From a virus (lineage: Duplodnaviria; Caudoviricetes), in the IMG/VR virus record IMGVR_UViG_3300043447_000256, positions 1 to 26,979 of that record: a stretch of DNA of 26,979 bases; one strand, given 5' to 3'. Shown piece by piece: positions 25,704 to 26,979 of this stretch (position 1 is its first letter; each line of letters begins with the position of its first letter). Both the position numbers and the translations under genes were made by a program. Below the pieces are notes generated by a model. That model was not told the DNA's origin and ran no database searches. It saw nothing but the letters and a program-made list of their open reading frames with translations.

Positions 25704-25717
25704 ACCTATTTATTGGT

Positions 25718-26095
25718 ATGAGAACACAGAAAAACAATATTAATTTAGACGTTGATTCTGCATTAGCTTTAATGCAAGAAATATACAACGATGTTGTTGA
25801 AAACAGGAGTACAGCATCAACTATCATGCGAAAAATGATGAGTTTTATGAAAGATGCTGAAGACATGAGTGTCATCGGACCTGTTATCAAAGAACAACAA
25901 AAAATATTAAATGATTGTACAGAAAAGAAGATTTCTTTAGTGAAATTACAGAGTGTTTTATTGAAACAAACACAAGGTAGTGGTGGTGGAAAAGGTATGC
26001 CGATGGGTAAGTTAGAACTGTCAGATGAGGATAGAAAAATTTTAGACCAATTAGTTAATGACGGTGATAATAAGAAAGATAATTACATCATATAA
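25718..26095 (+). CDS. Hypothetical helical protein
   Basis: 125-aa ORF; TATTTAT ends 4 nt before the ATG. Confidence 0.75.
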   Translation: MRTQKNNINLDVDSALALMQEIYNDVVENRSTASTIMRKMMSFMKDAEDMSVIGPVIKEQQKILNDCTEKKISLVKLQSVLLKQTQGSGGGKGMPMGKLELSDEDRKILDQLVNDGDNKKDNYII

Positions 26096-26979
26096 TGGCA
26101 ACCTCAGGACAACAAAAACAACAAGTAATTACCAAAATAAGAGCGATTACTAAGGTAGTTAATGAACCTAGTACTAACCCTTTGGATTCATTTATCGACA
26201 ATACTATTGGTCCTGTTTTAGATGATGGTTTAAAAAACTTCGATAAGACTTCCCCTAAAAAACTTACAGATTTACAAAGTAAGGCAAGTAGAAAGAAAGA
26301 AAACAAAACCGATGTTTTTGGTGATTTAATTGATATTGCTGACGCTTTTTTAAGTGGCGCGAATAAAAAGATACAATTAGCCAGTCCGTTAGAATCTAAA
26401 TCAAGATTAAAACAAATCACAAACGAATCAATAGATGAAACTCTTAAAAGTGTAAAAAGTATTATCGGAAACGCGGCAGAACAAGTATTATTTGTTGGAG
26501 ACGGTATATGTGGTACAAACAAAGATTTTCCTGTAGACAACGTTTCATTGAAACCAAGTGAATTTGATTTCATGAATGTATTACAAGTTGACCCAACAAG
26601 TAATGCAGGACAAATTTTATATGAAGGTAAAACTAGAGGTTCAGTCCAAATGAATAGTGAACTTTATGATTTATTTAATTCAGGAGGTAATTTTAATTTA
26701 GCAACCCCAAAAGGTGATTCATTAATGACCATGAATTGGGACGTAGCAAATCAAAATTTTTCAGTTAGTGGATTAACGGGTAATTCTGTTAATAATTTCA
26801 TACAGGGTTATTATTCAACTGTGGAATTACCAAATTTAAAAGATGTAACCAAGATGTCAACATTAATGACATTAAAAGGTGATGGTGGTGAGCCAATAGG
26901 TTTGGATATTGGTATGAATGAACTTAATCGATTGTTAAGTAAACTTTTAAAAAGTTGTAATGGTGCAACAGTAAATTCA
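26095..26979 (+). CDS. Hypothetical protein, 3'-truncated by the window edge (not in ORF track)
   Basis: The ATG overlaps the previous TAA (TAATG); the frame MATSGQQKQQVITKIRAI... stays open for 295 codons to the end of the window. Confidence 0.85.
   Translation, partial: MATSGQQKQQVITKIRAITKVVNEPSTNPLDSFIDNTIGPVLDDGLKNFDKTSPKKLTDLQSKASRKKENKTDVFGDLIDIADAFLSGANKKIQLASPLESKSRLKQITNESIDETLKSVKSIIGNAAEQVLFVGDGICGTNKDFPVDNVSLKPSEFDFMNVLQVDPTSNAGQILYEGKTRGSVQMNSELYDLFNSGGNFNLATPKGDSLMTMNWDVANQNFSVSGLTGNSVNNFIQGYYSTVELPNLKDVTKMSTLMTLKGDGGEPIGLDIGMNELNRLLSKLLKSCNGATVNS

Noticed and set aside
1605-25890. Numerous short ORFs nested in or antisense to long genes (e.g. 1605, 2584, 6513, 7067, 10770, 15086, 16227, 18012, 20904, 22908, 23313, 24383, 25660)
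   Set aside because: They overlap well-supported genes, have no recognisable motifs, and some merely mirror low-complexity repeats.
26088-26573. 161-aa minus-strand ORF in the track
   Set aside because: Antisense shadow of the longer plus-strand ORF starting at 26095, which is coupled to the upstream gene.
1-26979. Stop-codon reassignment as seen in some large phages
   Set aside because: Coding density is near complete under the standard code, and TAG ends polB, phoH and the RHH gene at sensible positions.
1-26979. tRNA, rRNA, integrase or transposase genes
   Set aside because: Intergenic gaps are short and AT-rich with no cloverleaf motifs, and no such protein motifs were recognised.

Overview
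AT-rich, densely coding segment of a large tailed (contractile-tail, myovirus-type) bacteriophage genome, probably infecting Bacteroidota; the standard genetic code fits. Virion genes (tail sheath; T4 gp13-, gp14- and gp15-like neck/tail-completion proteins; BppU-like, LamG-like and PT-linker proteins) are interleaved, with frequent strand switches, among replication and metabolism genes (family B DNA polymerase, SNF2 helicase, dUTPase, PhoH, 2OG-Fe(II) oxygenase). There is also a gp55-like sigma factor, three glycosyltransferases, a degenerate HAD protein and a cluster of probable head-internal proteins that includes a WYL-domain protein. Two genes missing from the ORF track were found: a 52-aa ribbon-helix-helix protein (2989-3147) and a 3'-truncated ORF (26095 to end). 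The main hypothesis is a phage-encoded virion glycosylation system: three glycosyltransferases, a [S/T]-G-x-[T/S] motif enriched in structural proteins, mucin-like linkers and a possible prolyl hydroxylase. Also notable are a recurrent sense-strand TATTTAT promoter-like motif, Bacteroidota-type promoters, an RHH operator candidate, a polB leader hairpin and a duplicated gp15 C-terminal cassette. All family assignments come from motif recognition by eye, not from database searches.
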